A stretch of 64,000 bases of DNA from an uncultured virus (IMG/VR IMGVR_UViG_3300028887_000111) (IMGVR_UViG_3300028887_000111:1-64000); one strand, 5' to 3'; shown: positions 1-11,291, numbered from the stretch's first letter. The notes: generated by a model not told the origin, from the sequence alone. Numbers and translations: made by a program.

Positions 1-1
1 G

Positions 2-1324
2 GATAACGAAAAATATTCTAAACGTTTAAAAGAATTGTCTCCGAATCTTATCTTAGTCGATGATTATACTGTATATAGAGATTCATTAAAACATCATTGC
101 AATGTCTGCAATGGTGATTTTTATGCATCTCCCAATAACACATTAAAAGGCAAAGGGTGTCCATATTGTCATAATAAAAAGGTTTTGATTGGTTTTAATG
201 ATATGTGGACTACTAATCCTGAAATTTGTGAATTATTAGATAATCCAGATGACGGGTATAAATATGTATTTGGAACAAATAAAAAAATATCTTTTAAATG
301 TCCTTCTTGTGGTGGAATAAGACATACTAAACCAGTATCAGTTCAGTATAATAAATATTGTTCTCGTTGCAGAGATTCAATTTCTTATCCTGAAAAATTT
401 ATGATTGCCTTATTGAATCAAACGGGTATACCATACGAATATCAATTTACAAAAGTAAATCAAAAATGGTGTAGCAAATATAAATACGATTTTTATTTTG
501 AATATAATGGAATAAAAGTAATTATCGAAACCAATGGTATTCAACATTACGAGAAAAGTTTTTCTACTAATGGTGGGCATAGTTTGGAGGACGTTAAACT
601 TAACGATGATTTTAAAAGGCAATTAGCTTCAAAATATATTGATAAATATATAGTCGTTGATTGCAGAAAGTCGGAATATGATTATATCACCAGTCAAATT
701 CTTAATAGTGAGTTAAGTACAATTTTTGATTTTTCTCATATTGATTTAAAACAGTGCCACGAATTTGCAATAGATTCTTTAATTGTTAAAGTATGTACTG
801 ATTATAAAAATGGTATGTCTTTCAGAAATATTATGGCTAAATATAAAACATCTCGAAGTGGATTAAGACACTATTTGATTGAAGGAAATGTAATTGGTTT
901 ATGCGAATACAATCCTCGTATTAATCAATTAGAATGTCAAGCTAATAAGGTAATATGCTTAGACACCAATCAAGAATATTATAGCATTATAGAGGCTAAA
1001 CGGCAAACAAATGTTAGTGAATATTCAATTACTCAAAGTTGTAAATACCACAAAATATTGAATACTCCATCAATATATAAAAGGTGGATGTATTACGATG
1101 AATATTTAGAAAAACAAGATAATCTCCCAGAATATAAATTTGAAAATGGTAATTTCAGTCCAATAATTTGTATAAATACAGGACAGGTTTTTGATTCAAT
1201 TAATGATGCTAAACGTTGGATAGGAAAGGGAGATATACAAGGAGCGTTATCTGGAAGGCAAGTAACTGCTGGCAGACACCCTGAGACTGGTGAAAAATTG
1301 TCATGGCAATATTATTCTGGATAA
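2..1324 (+). CDS. Free-standing homing-endonuclease-like protein (Zn ribbons, PD-(D/E)xK-type core, NUMOD1-like C-terminal repeats); 5' end probably outside the window
   Basis: CxxC pairs, YDFY...IIETNGIQHY motif, two ICL/IxTxQxF/Y repeats; frame is open from base 2; AT-rich relative to its neighbours. Confidence 0.65.
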   Translation, partial: DNEKYSKRLKELSPNLILVDDYTVYRDSLKHHCNVCNGDFYASPNNTLKGKGCPYCHNKKVLIGFNDMWTTNPEICELLDNPDDGYKYVFGTNKKISFKCPSCGGIRHTKPVSVQYNKYCSRCRDSISYPEKFMIALLNQTGIPYEYQFTKVNQKWCSKYKYDFYFEYNGIKVIIETNGIQHYEKSFSTNGGHSLEDVKLNDDFKRQLASKYIDKYIVVDCRKSEYDYITSQILNSELSTIFDFSHIDLKQCHEFAIDSLIVKVCTDYKNGMSFRNIMAKYKTSRSGLRHYLIEGNVIGLCEYNPRINQLECQANKVICLDTNQEYYSIIEAKRQTNVSEYSITQSCKYHKILNTPSIYKRWMYYDEYLEKQDNLPEYKFENGNFSPIICINTGQVFDSINDAKRWIGKGDIQGALSGRQVTAGRHPETGEKLSWQYYSG

Positions 1325-1346
1325 TATAAAGGAGGTGATGTAGGTC

Positions 1347-3197
1347 TTGAAAAGGAATAAAATTATTCTCACTCCGATTAAGAAAAAAATATGTGAATTA
1401 GACGCCGAGTCTATTGCTTATTATCGGAGGAATCCATGCATTGCGTGTGAAGACCTACTTTAGCTTGGTATTAGATTAATTGATGCTCAAAAATGGATAT
1501 TGCAAAGCACATGGAACGCATCACATAGTGTTTGGTGTTGTAGTCGAAACTTTGGCAAATCTTTTTTGGGCGCAATTCTTATGATTTTGAAGGCGGTACT
1601 TTATGAAAATCAAGCTATTTATATAGTTTCATCCGTCGGAGATCAGGCAAAGGAAACATTCTCGAAGCTTGAAGAAATAATCACTCGCATGGGTAAGACG
1701 GCGGCTTCTATTCGTTCTTTAAAGGATATACTCGAAAAAGAAACGAAAAAGACAGCAACTAACAAAACTGGATTCAGTCATAATCCAGCGGGATATGAAG
1801 TAGAATTTTATAATGGTAGTTCAATTAATACGTTGAACAGTCGTCCAGATTCAGCTCGTTCTCGAAGGGCTACGCTTGTATTTTTTGATGAGAGCGCATT
1901 TTGCTCTGATGAATTAATAGCTGTCTGCGAAGCGTTTGCAACGCAAAATAGCGATTTCAGTACATCTACGGAAGAAAACTATAATCCTGAAGCGGAGCAT
2001 AGGAAAGTGCCTACTCAGTTGGTTTATGCTTCATCGCAAGACCAAATGGATAAAACATTCTATAAGCACTATAAGAATTTTGCAAAGCGCATGATTGCAG
2101 GAGATAGAGATTATTTTGTTTGTGACATGATTTGTGATGTAGCAATTCAAACCTATATGAATGGTGAGCCATATACTCCCCTACTCACAAGAGACAAAGT
2201 TGATGCAGCTCTCAAGAGTAATAAAGATAAGGCATTAAGAGAATATTTCAATCAGCCCACAATGGACGGTGGAAGTAGTCAAATTGTTAAATGGGACACT
2301 ATTCGTAGAAATGAGAACTTTTATTTGCCTACGTTGCATTGGAAACCAAATAGTAACATCGTAATAGCCTTCGATCCTGCGAGAACGGCAGACAATAGCA
2401 TTATAGGCGTTATGAATGTTTACCAAGACAAAGAATTGGGTTGGTGTGGAGACATTATAAATTGTGTAAACATGATTGATAACGCCACTAAGAAAAAATA
2501 CAAACTTGATTCTAATAGGCAATTGGAAGAACTTAGGTCGTTAATTAATATTTATAATGGGCAAAATCCTGATTATGAGTATCTGAATCTGCTCGAAATT
2601 GATGCGGGTGCTGGCGGTGGTGGTGTCAGTGCTTACGGAGATGGACTTTTGAATGAGTATTCGGATAAATACGGCAAGGTTCATAGAGGATTTATTGATA
2701 AGACGAATGAATTGTATCAAACTTATGTTAGTCGTTATCCAAATGCCTGTGATAAATTAAGGCTTATTAGTCCTAAAAAATATCGTACTCAAATGGTTGA
2801 GGAAATGATAGAGCTTATGGATTTAGGTGTTATTAAATTCCCTTATGAGTATTCGGGGCAAGACTTCATAAAAGTTATTGATGGCGTTGACGCGGAAGGT
2901 AACGAGATATGGGTAAATCATGAACTTTCAGATGATGAGAAGATGGCATTAGTTCAAATAGACCTTATGAAAAATGAGGTAACTTCTATTCATAAGACTG
3001 AAAATGCAGAAAGGACTTCTGTCAATTATGCGTTATCTAAAGAGAAAGAAAATCGTATGCACGATGACCGCTTCTACGTTTTGATTATGCTTGCTCATAG
3101 ATTATACGAATTACGTAGAGGAAGTGTAATAAACAAACCGAAAGTTGAGGAAGAAGCAAACTTCTTCATGGCTCGCCCCGCAAAAAGATATAACTGA
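1347..3197 (+). CDS. terL: Terminase large subunit, with an in-frame TAG at 1461-1463 (the track ORF starts at 1500)
   Basis: Walker A-like SRNFGKS, Walker B FFDES, nuclease motifs AFDPA and HDDR; GGAGG RBS before TTG 1347; lies directly upstream of the portal. Confidence 0.9.
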
Positions 3198-3211
3198 AAG
3201 GAAGTGATTAA

Positions 3212-4726
3212 GTGAATCAAGCAGAAATAAATAGTGAAGAAATTAATGAATATTATGACTTCTTGCAATTTGCTCGGCTTCGTAAGCAAGTTTTGGCGGA
3301 TTTGTCAAGTAGTGTAGAGCAACGCAACATCTTTCTCAAGAAACACCCACGAGATAGGATATTGAAAGCGTTACTTTGTCCAGACAAACCATCATCCGAG
3401 AAAATGCTTCGTGAGATTAGTCACTTCTTTTACGCTGTCTCTCCTCACTATCGTAGAGCAATAACGATGCTTGCAACAGTAATGTTGAATAATTATGTCT
3501 TGCGACCTGTTGGCGATACTGGGGGTAAAGGTGCAAACTCATTTAATAAAGAGTATCGCAAGTTATGTCGCACAGTTAGCCATTATAAGTTAAAGACGGA
3601 AATCCCAAAGATATTAACTACTTGCTTACTTGATGGTGTGTTCTTTGGAATTGAATATGATGACACGGATAATTACTTTATAAAGCCTGTGATGCCCGAA
3701 TACTGCATTATCAGTAGTGTAGAAAATGGTGTTTGGAGATTTGCATTTGACCTCGACTATTTCACGCAAAAAACGCTCATTTATCTGCCACAGTATGGCA
3801 AGGATTTTGAAACTGCGTATTGGGCGTATAGAGGTAAAAAAGACCTTGAGGGCAAATGGATTATTGAGCCAGATAAAACTAAGCGTTGGTTTGAACCTAA
3901 GAAGCAGATATGCATAAAGTTTGATCCTGAAATGCCGTGGACAATACCGCCGTTTGTGGGAATTTTTAAATCTATTATTGATCTTGACACTTACGAAGAA
4001 ATTAAAAAAGATGGCGCAATGCTTGACAATTACAAGCTTATTCATTATCGCATTCCGACTGATACGGATGGTGTACCAAAACTGAGCTTTGAGCAAGCGA
4101 CTAAGTATTATAATATGAGTTCAAGTGTTGTTCCTGATGGCATAGGACTTGTAATGTCGCCGTTTAGTGTTGATGCTATCAACCTAAAGGATAATACTAA
4201 TGACGCAAAGAATTATACCAAAGAAGCAACTAAAGACTTATTTGATAACTTTGGTATCGCTCCAGTTTTGTTTGGTATTATGGATAATGTTACATCACAA
4301 GCTCTTGAACTTGCGATACGCCCTGTTGAAGCTATGATGATGAAGTGTATTCGTCAAATACAACATTTGTATAATGTCAAGATACAGAAAATGGATCTTA
4401 AAAATTTATTTGAGATTTATTTCTTGGAGCAAAGTATATATACGGTTGACACAGTTCAAAATTATTATTTCAAGGCGGCTCAATATGGAATGTGTAGTAA
4501 ACTGTATTATGCGGCTTCACTTGGCTTAGAACCTATAGATGTGATAAATCAGAGCTATCTTGAAAATGAGATTCTGAAGTGTTGCGATGAAATCTTTAAT
4601 CGTCCGCTTATTAGTTCAAACACTCTGAGTAATGGCGGTATTGAAGGTGAAAGTGGTAGACCAACGACAGATAACCCTACAGACAACACGGAGAATAACG
4701 AGAACACTTCTAATGAATATAAGTGA
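3212..4726 (+). CDS. Portal protein
   Basis: 504 aa, follows TerL; acidic C-terminal tail with GRP motif. Confidence 0.8.
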   Translation: MNQAEINSEEINEYYDFLQFARLRKQVLADLSSSVEQRNIFLKKHPRDRILKALLCPDKPSSEKMLREISHFFYAVSPHYRRAITMLATVMLNNYVLRPVGDTGGKGANSFNKEYRKLCRTVSHYKLKTEIPKILTTCLLDGVFFGIEYDDTDNYFIKPVMPEYCIISSVENGVWRFAFDLDYFTQKTLIYLPQYGKDFETAYWAYRGKKDLEGKWIIEPDKTKRWFEPKKQICIKFDPEMPWTIPPFVGIFKSIIDLDTYEEIKKDGAMLDNYKLIHYRIPTDTDGVPKLSFEQATKYYNMSSSVVPDGIGLVMSPFSVDAINLKDNTNDAKNYTKEATKDLFDNFGIAPVLFGIMDNVTSQALELAIRPVEAMMMKCIRQIQHLYNVKIQKMDLKNLFEIYFLEQSIYTVDTVQNYYFKAAQYGMCSKLYYAASLGLEPIDVINQSYLENEILKCCDEIFNRPLISSNTLSNGGIEGESGRPTTDNPTDNTENNENTSNEYK

Positions 4727-4734
4727 GGTGTGAA

Positions 4735-4932
4735 ATGGATAAATTTATTATCGTAGTACAGCCCAAGACGCAGGAAGAACTTGCATCTATGGGCTTTACT
4801 TATACAAAGACGACGCTCAACGGCAAGACTGTTTATGCTTTTGCCAATACGGAAGGTTTGCAGAAATACTTGGCTGAAAAATATTCGGACGAGGAATGGC
4901 ATTTTATGCAACGCAACCTTTTGTGTTTCTGA
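4735..4932 (+). CDS. Small hypothetical protein
   Basis: GAGGTG RBS before ATG 4735; between portal and protease. Confidence 0.6.
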   Translation: MDKFIIVVQPKTQEELASMGFTYTKTTLNGKTVYAFANTEGLQKYLAEKYSDEEWHFMQRNLLCF

Positions 4933-4975
4933 GTAATCTGAGAAACTACTGAGAAAGGAGGTAGAAGTAAGAACA

Positions 4976-6187
4976 ATGGATAAGTTTAGTGTTAATTCAT
5001 CTACAAAGTTTACCGTACTTGAAGAACTAAATAGCGAGTTTACCCTTGTAAAGATTAAGGTTATGGCGGCTGGAAAGAACCGCAATATGTCTTATTTTGA
5101 CAAAGACGTTGTAGAAGCACATCTCAACTCTCTTAATTATGCACCTGTTGTTGCTCACCTTTTCAAAGACGAAAATGGAGAGTATAAAATTGGCGGACAT
5201 GATATGTACATTGATTGGGAAGATTGGTCTATCAAGTCTCTTTGCGTTCCTTTTGGCGTTGTAAAGGCTGATACCTTTGAGTGGGAAACTGTTAATGAGT
5301 ATGGTGCTGACGTTGATTATTTGACTTGTGAAGCTATACTTTGGACTGGTAGATACCCAGAATTAAAGGAAACTATCTACTCTGAAGATGTTTGGTTTAA
5401 TCAATCAATGGAAATTGACGCAAAGCAGTATCGCCCATTAGAAGAAGATAGTAATTTTGTTGAAATTCTTGATTTTGAATTTAGTGCTCTTTGTCTCCTC
5501 TATAAGTCTGATAATCGCGAGGAGAATGTAGAACCATGCTTTATTTCAGCAGATGTAACTCCTATTAACTTCAGCGCAGATGACTTTGCAATTAAGATGA
5601 ATGAAATGAAACAGGCTATGTCCGAAGTCTTTGCTTTTGAAGATAAGGAAGGTGAAAACATGGACGAGAATAAGGAATTTACAGCAGAAACAGAACCCGA
5701 AGTAGTAGAACCTGAGACTTCTTCAAATGAAACTGAGCCTGTTGTAGAACCCGAAGTAATCCCCGTAGACTACGAGGCTCTTTACAATGACGCACTCGTA
5801 ACGATTGATGCTCTTACTGCACAGAACGCAGATTTTGAAGCTCAGATTACTGTACTTAACGAGCAGATTTCAACTCTTACTCCTTATAAGCTCGCAGTTG
5901 AAAAGGCTGAGAGAGAAAAGGCTGAAAGTGAAATTTTTGCAAAGTATGATGGACGTATTGGGGAGATGCCCGAATACAAGCTTCTCAAAGAGAAGTCTAA
6001 TGAATACGATCTTGAACAGCTCGATAAGGAATGTATTATGCTTGTTGGCAAATTTGCAATGAGCACATTTGCTTTCAAAGAGTCTAAAACAACAAAAGCT
6101 GAAACTATGAAGTTTTCAGTAGAAACAACCCCCGCCAAAGTGTCTCCTTATGGTGACATATTTGAGCGATATGGAAATAACGATTAA
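4976..6187 (+). CDS. Prohead protease/scaffold fusion
   Basis: N-terminal GKNRN...GGH...QSME pattern, acidic coiled-coil C-terminus, position before the capsid genes. Confidence 0.7.
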   Translation: MDKFSVNSSTKFTVLEELNSEFTLVKIKVMAAGKNRNMSYFDKDVVEAHLNSLNYAPVVAHLFKDENGEYKIGGHDMYIDWEDWSIKSLCVPFGVVKADTFEWETVNEYGADVDYLTCEAILWTGRYPELKETIYSEDVWFNQSMEIDAKQYRPLEEDSNFVEILDFEFSALCLLYKSDNREENVEPCFISADVTPINFSADDFAIKMNEMKQAMSEVFAFEDKEGENMDENKEFTAETEPEVVEPETSSNETEPVVEPEVIPVDYEALYNDALVTIDALTAQNADFEAQITVLNEQISTLTPYKLAVEKAEREKAESEIFAKYDGRIGEMPEYKLLKEKSNEYDLEQLDKECIMLVGKFAMSTFAFKESKTTKAETMKFSVETTPAKVSPYGDIFERYGNND

Positions 6188-6208
6188 TAGAAAGGAAGGT
6201 TAAAGTTT

Positions 6209-6691
6209 ATGGCACATGGAATTTTTAGAAGCGACTCATGTTCTTATACACATGACGGCGCACTTATTAGAACAGCACAGGCTTATGGCGATATAGATAA
6301 CGGCGCACCTATCCTCTGTGGTGGTCTTGCTACAACAGGCACTTTTGCTGGAGAGAGAGAGGTATTCACAACTTCTGCTGCTACAGGCGCAAACGCTGCT
6401 GACGTTTGGGTAGTTACATCTCCTGAACACGCATACACAACAGATATGAAGCCTCTTGAGAACTTCTACAATGCTTCTGGTGATATTGCAAGAATCAGCA
6501 AGCTCGTAAAGTGCGACATCTTCTCAATTACAGGTGAGGTTTGCTCTGGCACACCTTCAACTACAGACAAGTACATTGCCGCAGGTAATGGCAAGTGGAC
6601 AGCTTCTTCAGCATCTACAAAGGCTTTTGCACAGCTCCTTAACACAGAGGTAGTTGGCGGCAAGACAATGTACGTATTCGAGGTTCTTTAA
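6209..6691 (+). CDS. Head decoration/cement protein
   Basis: 160 aa, Ala/Gly/Thr-rich, immediately before the major capsid gene. Confidence 0.6.
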   Translation: MAHGIFRSDSCSYTHDGALIRTAQAYGDIDNGAPILCGGLATTGTFAGEREVFTTSAATGANAADVWVVTSPEHAYTTDMKPLENFYNASGDIARISKLVKCDIFSITGEVCSGTPSTTDKYIAAGNGKWTASSASTKAFAQLLNTEVVGGKTMYVFEVL

Positions 6692-6719
6692 TTTAATATA
6701 GAAAGGAAGGTATTTGATT

Positions 6720-7700
6720 ATGGAAGCAAATTTCAGAAAGCTTTGTATTGACGCTTATCGTGGCGTTCCTACTGCATTTGCAGAGGGCAACCCCACAGAC
6801 GTTATCGTTAATAAGATTAAAGAGGCTAATAACGGCTCTACAACTATAGATTATAAGGCAATCCGCGATGGCAAGTGTCCTGAACTCTTTGCAGTTATCG
6901 AGGAGCTTATTGACGTTGCTCTCGATGTTACAGCTCTTGATAACTCACCTCTCGCTGATATGATTGAGACAAAGAACGGTGAGTGGGGTGACAAGCCTGA
7001 GTTTCTCGTTTCTGATAACTCACTCCTCACAGTTGACGTTGTTGCTAACGGTACACAGGGCATCCGTCGTCAGAGACTTATTGGCGGTCAGAAGGTTACT
7101 CTCACGCCCGTAAATAAGGCTATAAAGATTTACGAGGAGCTTATTCTTATTCTCTCAGGCAGAATTGACTGGGTTGAGTTTGTAAATCGTGTAGCTAAGA
7201 GCTTTGAGCGTGAGTTCTATGCAAGTGTTGCAAAACAGCTCAACAACCTCTCAACAGCAAGATTTACCGTAACCGCTTCTGGTTCACCTACTGAGTCTGG
7301 ACTTCTCAACCTTATTGAGAAGGTAGAGGCTGCTACAGGCAAGACCGCTTACGTTCTTGGAACAAGAACAGCTCTCAGGAACTTCCCTATGTCTCAGATT
7401 GGAGAGACTGTAAAGGACGATTATTATGATGTTGGATTCTCTCAGAGATTCAACGGAACACCTTGCATTAGACTCAAGAACTATCTTGATGCTGCTGGCA
7501 ACTTCGTTCTCTCTGACACAAGAGTTTATGTAATCGCTGGCGATGACAAGTTCATCAAGCATTATATAGAGGGCGAGCCTATTGTAATTGCAAGAGATGC
7601 TGCTGACAACGCTGATCTCACACAGGAGTACACAGTAATCCGTCGTGAGGGTACTGCTGTTGTAGTATCTGACACAATGGGTGTTTACGACTTTACTTAA
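6720..7700 (+). CDS. Major capsid protein
   Basis: About 326 aa, biased codon usage, position in head module, followed by a stem-loop. Confidence 0.8.
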   Translation: MEANFRKLCIDAYRGVPTAFAEGNPTDVIVNKIKEANNGSTTIDYKAIRDGKCPELFAVIEELIDVALDVTALDNSPLADMIETKNGEWGDKPEFLVSDNSLLTVDVVANGTQGIRRQRLIGGQKVTLTPVNKAIKIYEELILILSGRIDWVEFVNRVAKSFEREFYASVAKQLNNLSTARFTVTASGSPTESGLLNLIEKVEAATGKTAYVLGTRTALRNFPMSQIGETVKDDYYDVGFSQRFNGTPCIRLKNYLDAAGNFVLSDTRVYVIAGDDKFIKHYIEGEPIVIARDAADNADLTQEYTVIRREGTAVVVSDTMGVYDFT

Positions 7701-7709
7701 TCAAATTAT

Positions 7710-7731
7710 GGGCGGTTGAAATATACCGCCC
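7710..7731 (+). terminator. Stem-loop after the capsid gene (partial terminator or mRNA stabiliser)
   Basis: GGGCGGT-N8-ACCGCCC; no clear U-tract. Confidence 0.5.
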
Positions 7732-7758
7732 TCACTATGAGTTAAAGGAGAATTAAAT

Positions 7759-8292
7759 ATGGGTAGACCTACAAAGGCAAATACGGAAAAGGCAAGTGCT
7801 GAAAAGCCTGTAAGAATAAAAATTGAGTCTGACTATCTTATCCCTGTTAAGAGCAATATTGGCGGAGTTCTGTATTACAAGTCAAAGAAAACTGGCTATG
7901 AAGAAATATGGGACGATACTGGTGTTGTGATTGAGATGGAATATGGCGAGCTTGTTTCTATGCGTAATTCTCAAAAGAAGTTCTTTATTAACAACTGGAT
8001 TGTTTTTGAGGACACTGATGATTATACCGCAGATGAGATTTATAAGGCTCTCAATGTTGACAAGTATTACACATCAAACGGACTGTATAAGGATATTGAT
8101 GACATTTTCAACTTCTCAGCTAAGAAGATTGAAGAAATAGTGCCTACTCTCTCAAAACCCGTAAGGGAAACTATACTTACAAAGGCATACACAATGCTTG
8201 CAGAGGAAGATGAACGACTTGATTCAAAGGCAAAGGTTAAGGCTCTTGAAAAGGCACTTGGCGTAAGTTTTGATATGGACGAGGTGAGCTAA
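7759..8292 (+). CDS. Hypothetical head-associated protein
   Basis: AAAGGAG RBS; gene order. Confidence 0.55.
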   Translation: MGRPTKANTEKASAEKPVRIKIESDYLIPVKSNIGGVLYYKSKKTGYEEIWDDTGVVIEMEYGELVSMRNSQKKFFINNWIVFEDTDDYTADEIYKALNVDKYYTSNGLYKDIDDIFNFSAKKIEEIVPTLSKPVRETILTKAYTMLAEEDERLDSKAKVKALEKALGVSFDMDEVS

Positions 8293-8714
8293 TGACCGCT
8301 TACACAACAATTTATAGCAGTTTTATGGATAAGGTCAATGACTACGATTTGGCGGATATGACCGAGAGTATGGCACAGACCGCTATGCGTGGTTGGCTTA
8401 ATCAGGCTGTTGTAAGATTTTTAGAGTCCTGTAAAAAGGACTTGACTCAGACCGAAGAAGGCGGTTTTACTGAGGATTTAGACCTTATGGAGATAGATAT
8501 ACTAACCGAGGGAATGGTTGAAGCATGGCTGAAGCCTATACGTAATAATCTTGATTTACTGCGGAACGCATTAAGCACTAAGGATTTTACGACTTTTTCT
8601 CCTGCAAATCTTCTGGATAAGGTCAATGCTACCTATACTATGGCTCATGCCAACTTCCTATCGCGTATTAAAGAATATTCATTTATTCGTAACGATGTAG
8701 GTGACTTGATATGA
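8292..8714 (+). CDS. Putative head-tail adaptor
   Basis: 140 aa helical protein, coupled to neighbours; gene order. Confidence 0.55.
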   Translation: MTAYTTIYSSFMDKVNDYDLADMTESMAQTAMRGWLNQAVVRFLESCKKDLTQTEEGGFTEDLDLMEIDILTEGMVEAWLKPIRNNLDLLRNALSTKDFTTFSPANLLDKVNATYTMAHANFLSRIKEYSFIRNDVGDLI

Positions 8715-9043
8715 GCGTAAAGATAGATTATGCCGAATTGGACGAAAGAGCGTTTCAGAACTACTTTCAGTACATGATTGGCAAGATTTACAAAATATTA
8801 CCTATGAAAGAGGAAGGCTGTAAAACGCTTACGTCTTACCTCGAAAGTCTCAAGGTTGAGATGATTGGTAGTTATGGGCTATATCGTCAACTTATTGAAG
8901 AACCACAGTTTATGAGTGCATTGAATATCGTGGAGTATCTTATAGACAACGATTATGACACAGCAGTATGTAAGCGCGAAGTATTTAAGGCAATACGTTG
9001 CATAGAGAACATTAATAAGAAGTATTTTGGAAAGGAGGGATAA
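8711..9043 (+). CDS. Hypothetical virion-module protein
   Basis: ATGA overlap with the previous gene. Confidence 0.5.
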   Translation: MSVKIDYAELDERAFQNYFQYMIGKIYKILPMKEEGCKTLTSYLESLKVEMIGSYGLYRQLIEEPQFMSALNIVEYLIDNDYDTAVCKREVFKAIRCIENINKKYFGKEG

Positions 9044-9044
9044 T

Positions 9045-10025
9045 ATGGCTGACTTTAATGCGTATAAGGCAAGAGTGCAGTTTCGTGGCACGACGCAGAG
9101 AGATCGCACCCTGTACTATGAGAAACGCAATTTGAAGCTTAATGCTGTTAATTCCCTTTCTTGCAAGGATTGTCTTGTTAATGGTGTGGCACAGAAACTC
9201 ATAATTGATGACGGTACTCTCCCCTACTACAAAGATGTAAAAAGTTTACCTGATGAATACTTTGACGCGGGTAATTTGGTTGAATGGGCTGGCGCGATGT
9301 GGCTTATTGTTTCTTGTGATTGGGATAAGGAAGTTTACACATATGGCAAGATGCAACAGTGCAACTACGTCCTCAAATGGCAGAATACAGAAGCGGATAT
9401 TATTGAGCGTTGGTCGGTAGTGCTCAGTGCCTCGAAGTATAATAACGGCGAAAAATATAATAACGTCATAGTTGTTGGCTCAAATCAGCTTATGGTGTAT
9501 TTGCCGATTGATGAGGAAACTTTGAAACTGAGATCGGATAAGCGTCTTATGGTTGACTTTAATACGGAGTTACCAAAATGCTACGACATTACTCGTGTCG
9601 ATACGGTTACTATGGGATATGACGGAACAGCCGAGCCGAGATATGACGGCAAGGGTTGTATTCTGCTTGTACTCACGGAAACCGAGATTAACCCCGATGT
9701 TGACAGAATTGACTTAATGCTTTGCGACTACGTTAATCCTAACGACATACCACACCCAAGTCCAATAAACATAACATATTCGGGCGCACCATCTATCAGA
9801 ATAGGTGGTCGTAAGACCTTTACAGCGGAGACAGAGAATGAAGTTGTGTTCTCTCTCGTTAATTCCGCGCTATTGGACGGCAAGCTGACAATGGAGCAGA
9901 CTGGCAACAAATGCGTTGTTAAGTGTGCAAATGATTCGGCTTTGGTTGGGGCAACTTTCAAGGTGGTTGTCGCAGGTGGTGGACAACGGAGCGAGTTGCT
10001 TGTTGACGTAATTGGGGCGGTTTAA
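9045..10025 (+). CDS. Putative head-closure/neck protein with Ig-like C-terminus
   Basis: AAAGGAGG RBS before ATG 9045; beta-rich; gene order. Confidence 0.5.
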   Translation: MADFNAYKARVQFRGTTQRDRTLYYEKRNLKLNAVNSLSCKDCLVNGVAQKLIIDDGTLPYYKDVKSLPDEYFDAGNLVEWAGAMWLIVSCDWDKEVYTYGKMQQCNYVLKWQNTEADIIERWSVVLSASKYNNGEKYNNVIVVGSNQLMVYLPIDEETLKLRSDKRLMVDFNTELPKCYDITRVDTVTMGYDGTAEPRYDGKGCILLVLTETEINPDVDRIDLMLCDYVNPNDIPHPSPINITYSGAPSIRIGGRKTFTAETENEVVFSLVNSALLDGKLTMEQTGNKCVVKCANDSALVGATFKVVVAGGGQRSELLVDVIGAV

Positions 10026-10039
10026 GGAGGTGCTGAGAG

Positions 10040-10531
10040 ATGGCTCGTTCAAAAGTAATCCGAGAATGGAAGAACAAAATAGTTTCTGAATTGTCGCAAG
10101 ATGAAGAAATCATAAACGCTCTCGGCTTAAATCCAGATGAAGATCCAGACGATTTGGTGTGGGTTAGGCTATTCCCTCATATGTTTGTCCCACAAACTGA
10201 GGAGCAAGTGCGTAGTTATATCCTCGTCGAGATAGACATACCCGAAAGGCGCACACGTTACGGCAGTAGTGACAGCAACATTTGGGTTCACCCGACTATC
10301 GTGTTCTATGTGCTCACTCATCAAGAGGATATGCGCATGAATTTGGTTGGTGAAAGTGGAACTCGCATGGACTATTTGGCAGAGCTGATTGAGGACAAAT
10401 ATGACGGGCGGCAGGATTTTGGCGTGGGAACGCTGAAGTTGAAGTCGGACGTAGCGGGTAGTGTTAATACGACATACAGGTTTAGACAGCTTGTGTTTGA
10501 GGCGGTAGATGTTGTGGGTGTTTGTGGGTGA
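10040..10531 (+). CDS. Putative tail terminator/completion protein
   Basis: 163 aa; position before the tail tube gene. Confidence 0.5.
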   Translation: MARSKVIREWKNKIVSELSQDEEIINALGLNPDEDPDDLVWVRLFPHMFVPQTEEQVRSYILVEIDIPERRTRYGSSDSNIWVHPTIVFYVLTHQEDMRMNLVGESGTRMDYLAELIEDKYDGRQDFGVGTLKLKSDVAGSVNTTYRFRQLVFEAVDVVGVCG

Positions 10532-10535
10532 TTGA

Positions 10536-11276
10536 ATGTTTGCAGTTGATGAGATTCGTTTACTCAGAGGCGAGCCATTTGATATTGGAGTTGGTATAAC
10601 TCTATATCAACCCACTATAGGAGATATTGCTAAATTTGGTGAAAATGAATATTTAAGCCTTGTTAGCGCACTCACATCTGAGCCTTTTGATATGCCATAC
10701 TACTTAGATCAAATGGGTATTGACTTTGAAAAAATCAAACCTTTTGAACTTTTCTGTATCTTAGTATCGGGGATTGACAAAGAAACGTCAAGATTGCTAT
10801 TTGGCGATTTAGACTTCTCTAAATTTAGACCGATTGAAAAAGACGGAGAATTAATCTTAGCTAATAGTGATGGCGTTATAATCGACTCACTTATGCGTGA
10901 GCGTATCGCAGACAATGTGCGACGTATGCACTGTTTGCCAAAGAATATTTTAACGTCGTGTGAGAATAAATTTACGCACGATTTAATGATAAGGCAACAG
11001 AAGAAAAATATAGACAGGGCGCAACGTAGAAAAGACTTGTTTGGAGACAATTCTCAGTACGCTCCTCTTATTTCTTCTCTTGCTTGTGAATGGCACGATT
11101 ACGATAAGGTTTTTGGATTGAGGATTGGACAGTTTTTTGATGCTATAATTCGTTTGGGTTATAGGCAAAATGCAAACAATCTTTACAGAGGACTTTATGC
11201 AGGTACGGTGTCGTTCAAGGATATTCACAAAACTGATTTAGATTGGATGCGTCCAATCAAGACCAAAAATTTATAA
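10536..11276 (+). CDS. Hypothetical tail-module protein
   Basis: Long ORF in the tail operon. Confidence 0.5.
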   Translation: MFAVDEIRLLRGEPFDIGVGITLYQPTIGDIAKFGENEYLSLVSALTSEPFDMPYYLDQMGIDFEKIKPFELFCILVSGIDKETSRLLFGDLDFSKFRPIEKDGELILANSDGVIIDSLMRERIADNVRRMHCLPKNILTSCENKFTHDLMIRQQKKNIDRAQRRKDLFGDNSQYAPLISSLACEWHDYDKVFGLRIGQFFDAIIRLGYRQNANNLYRGLYAGTVSFKDIHKTDLDWMRPIKTKNL

Positions 11277-11291
11277 GAAAGGTGGTAGTTT

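Noticed and set aside
1461..1463. Genome-wide TAG reassignment
   Set aside because: Long genes (tape measure, DnaE, NrdD, capsid) read through in the standard code with no internal TAG; this is the only case seen
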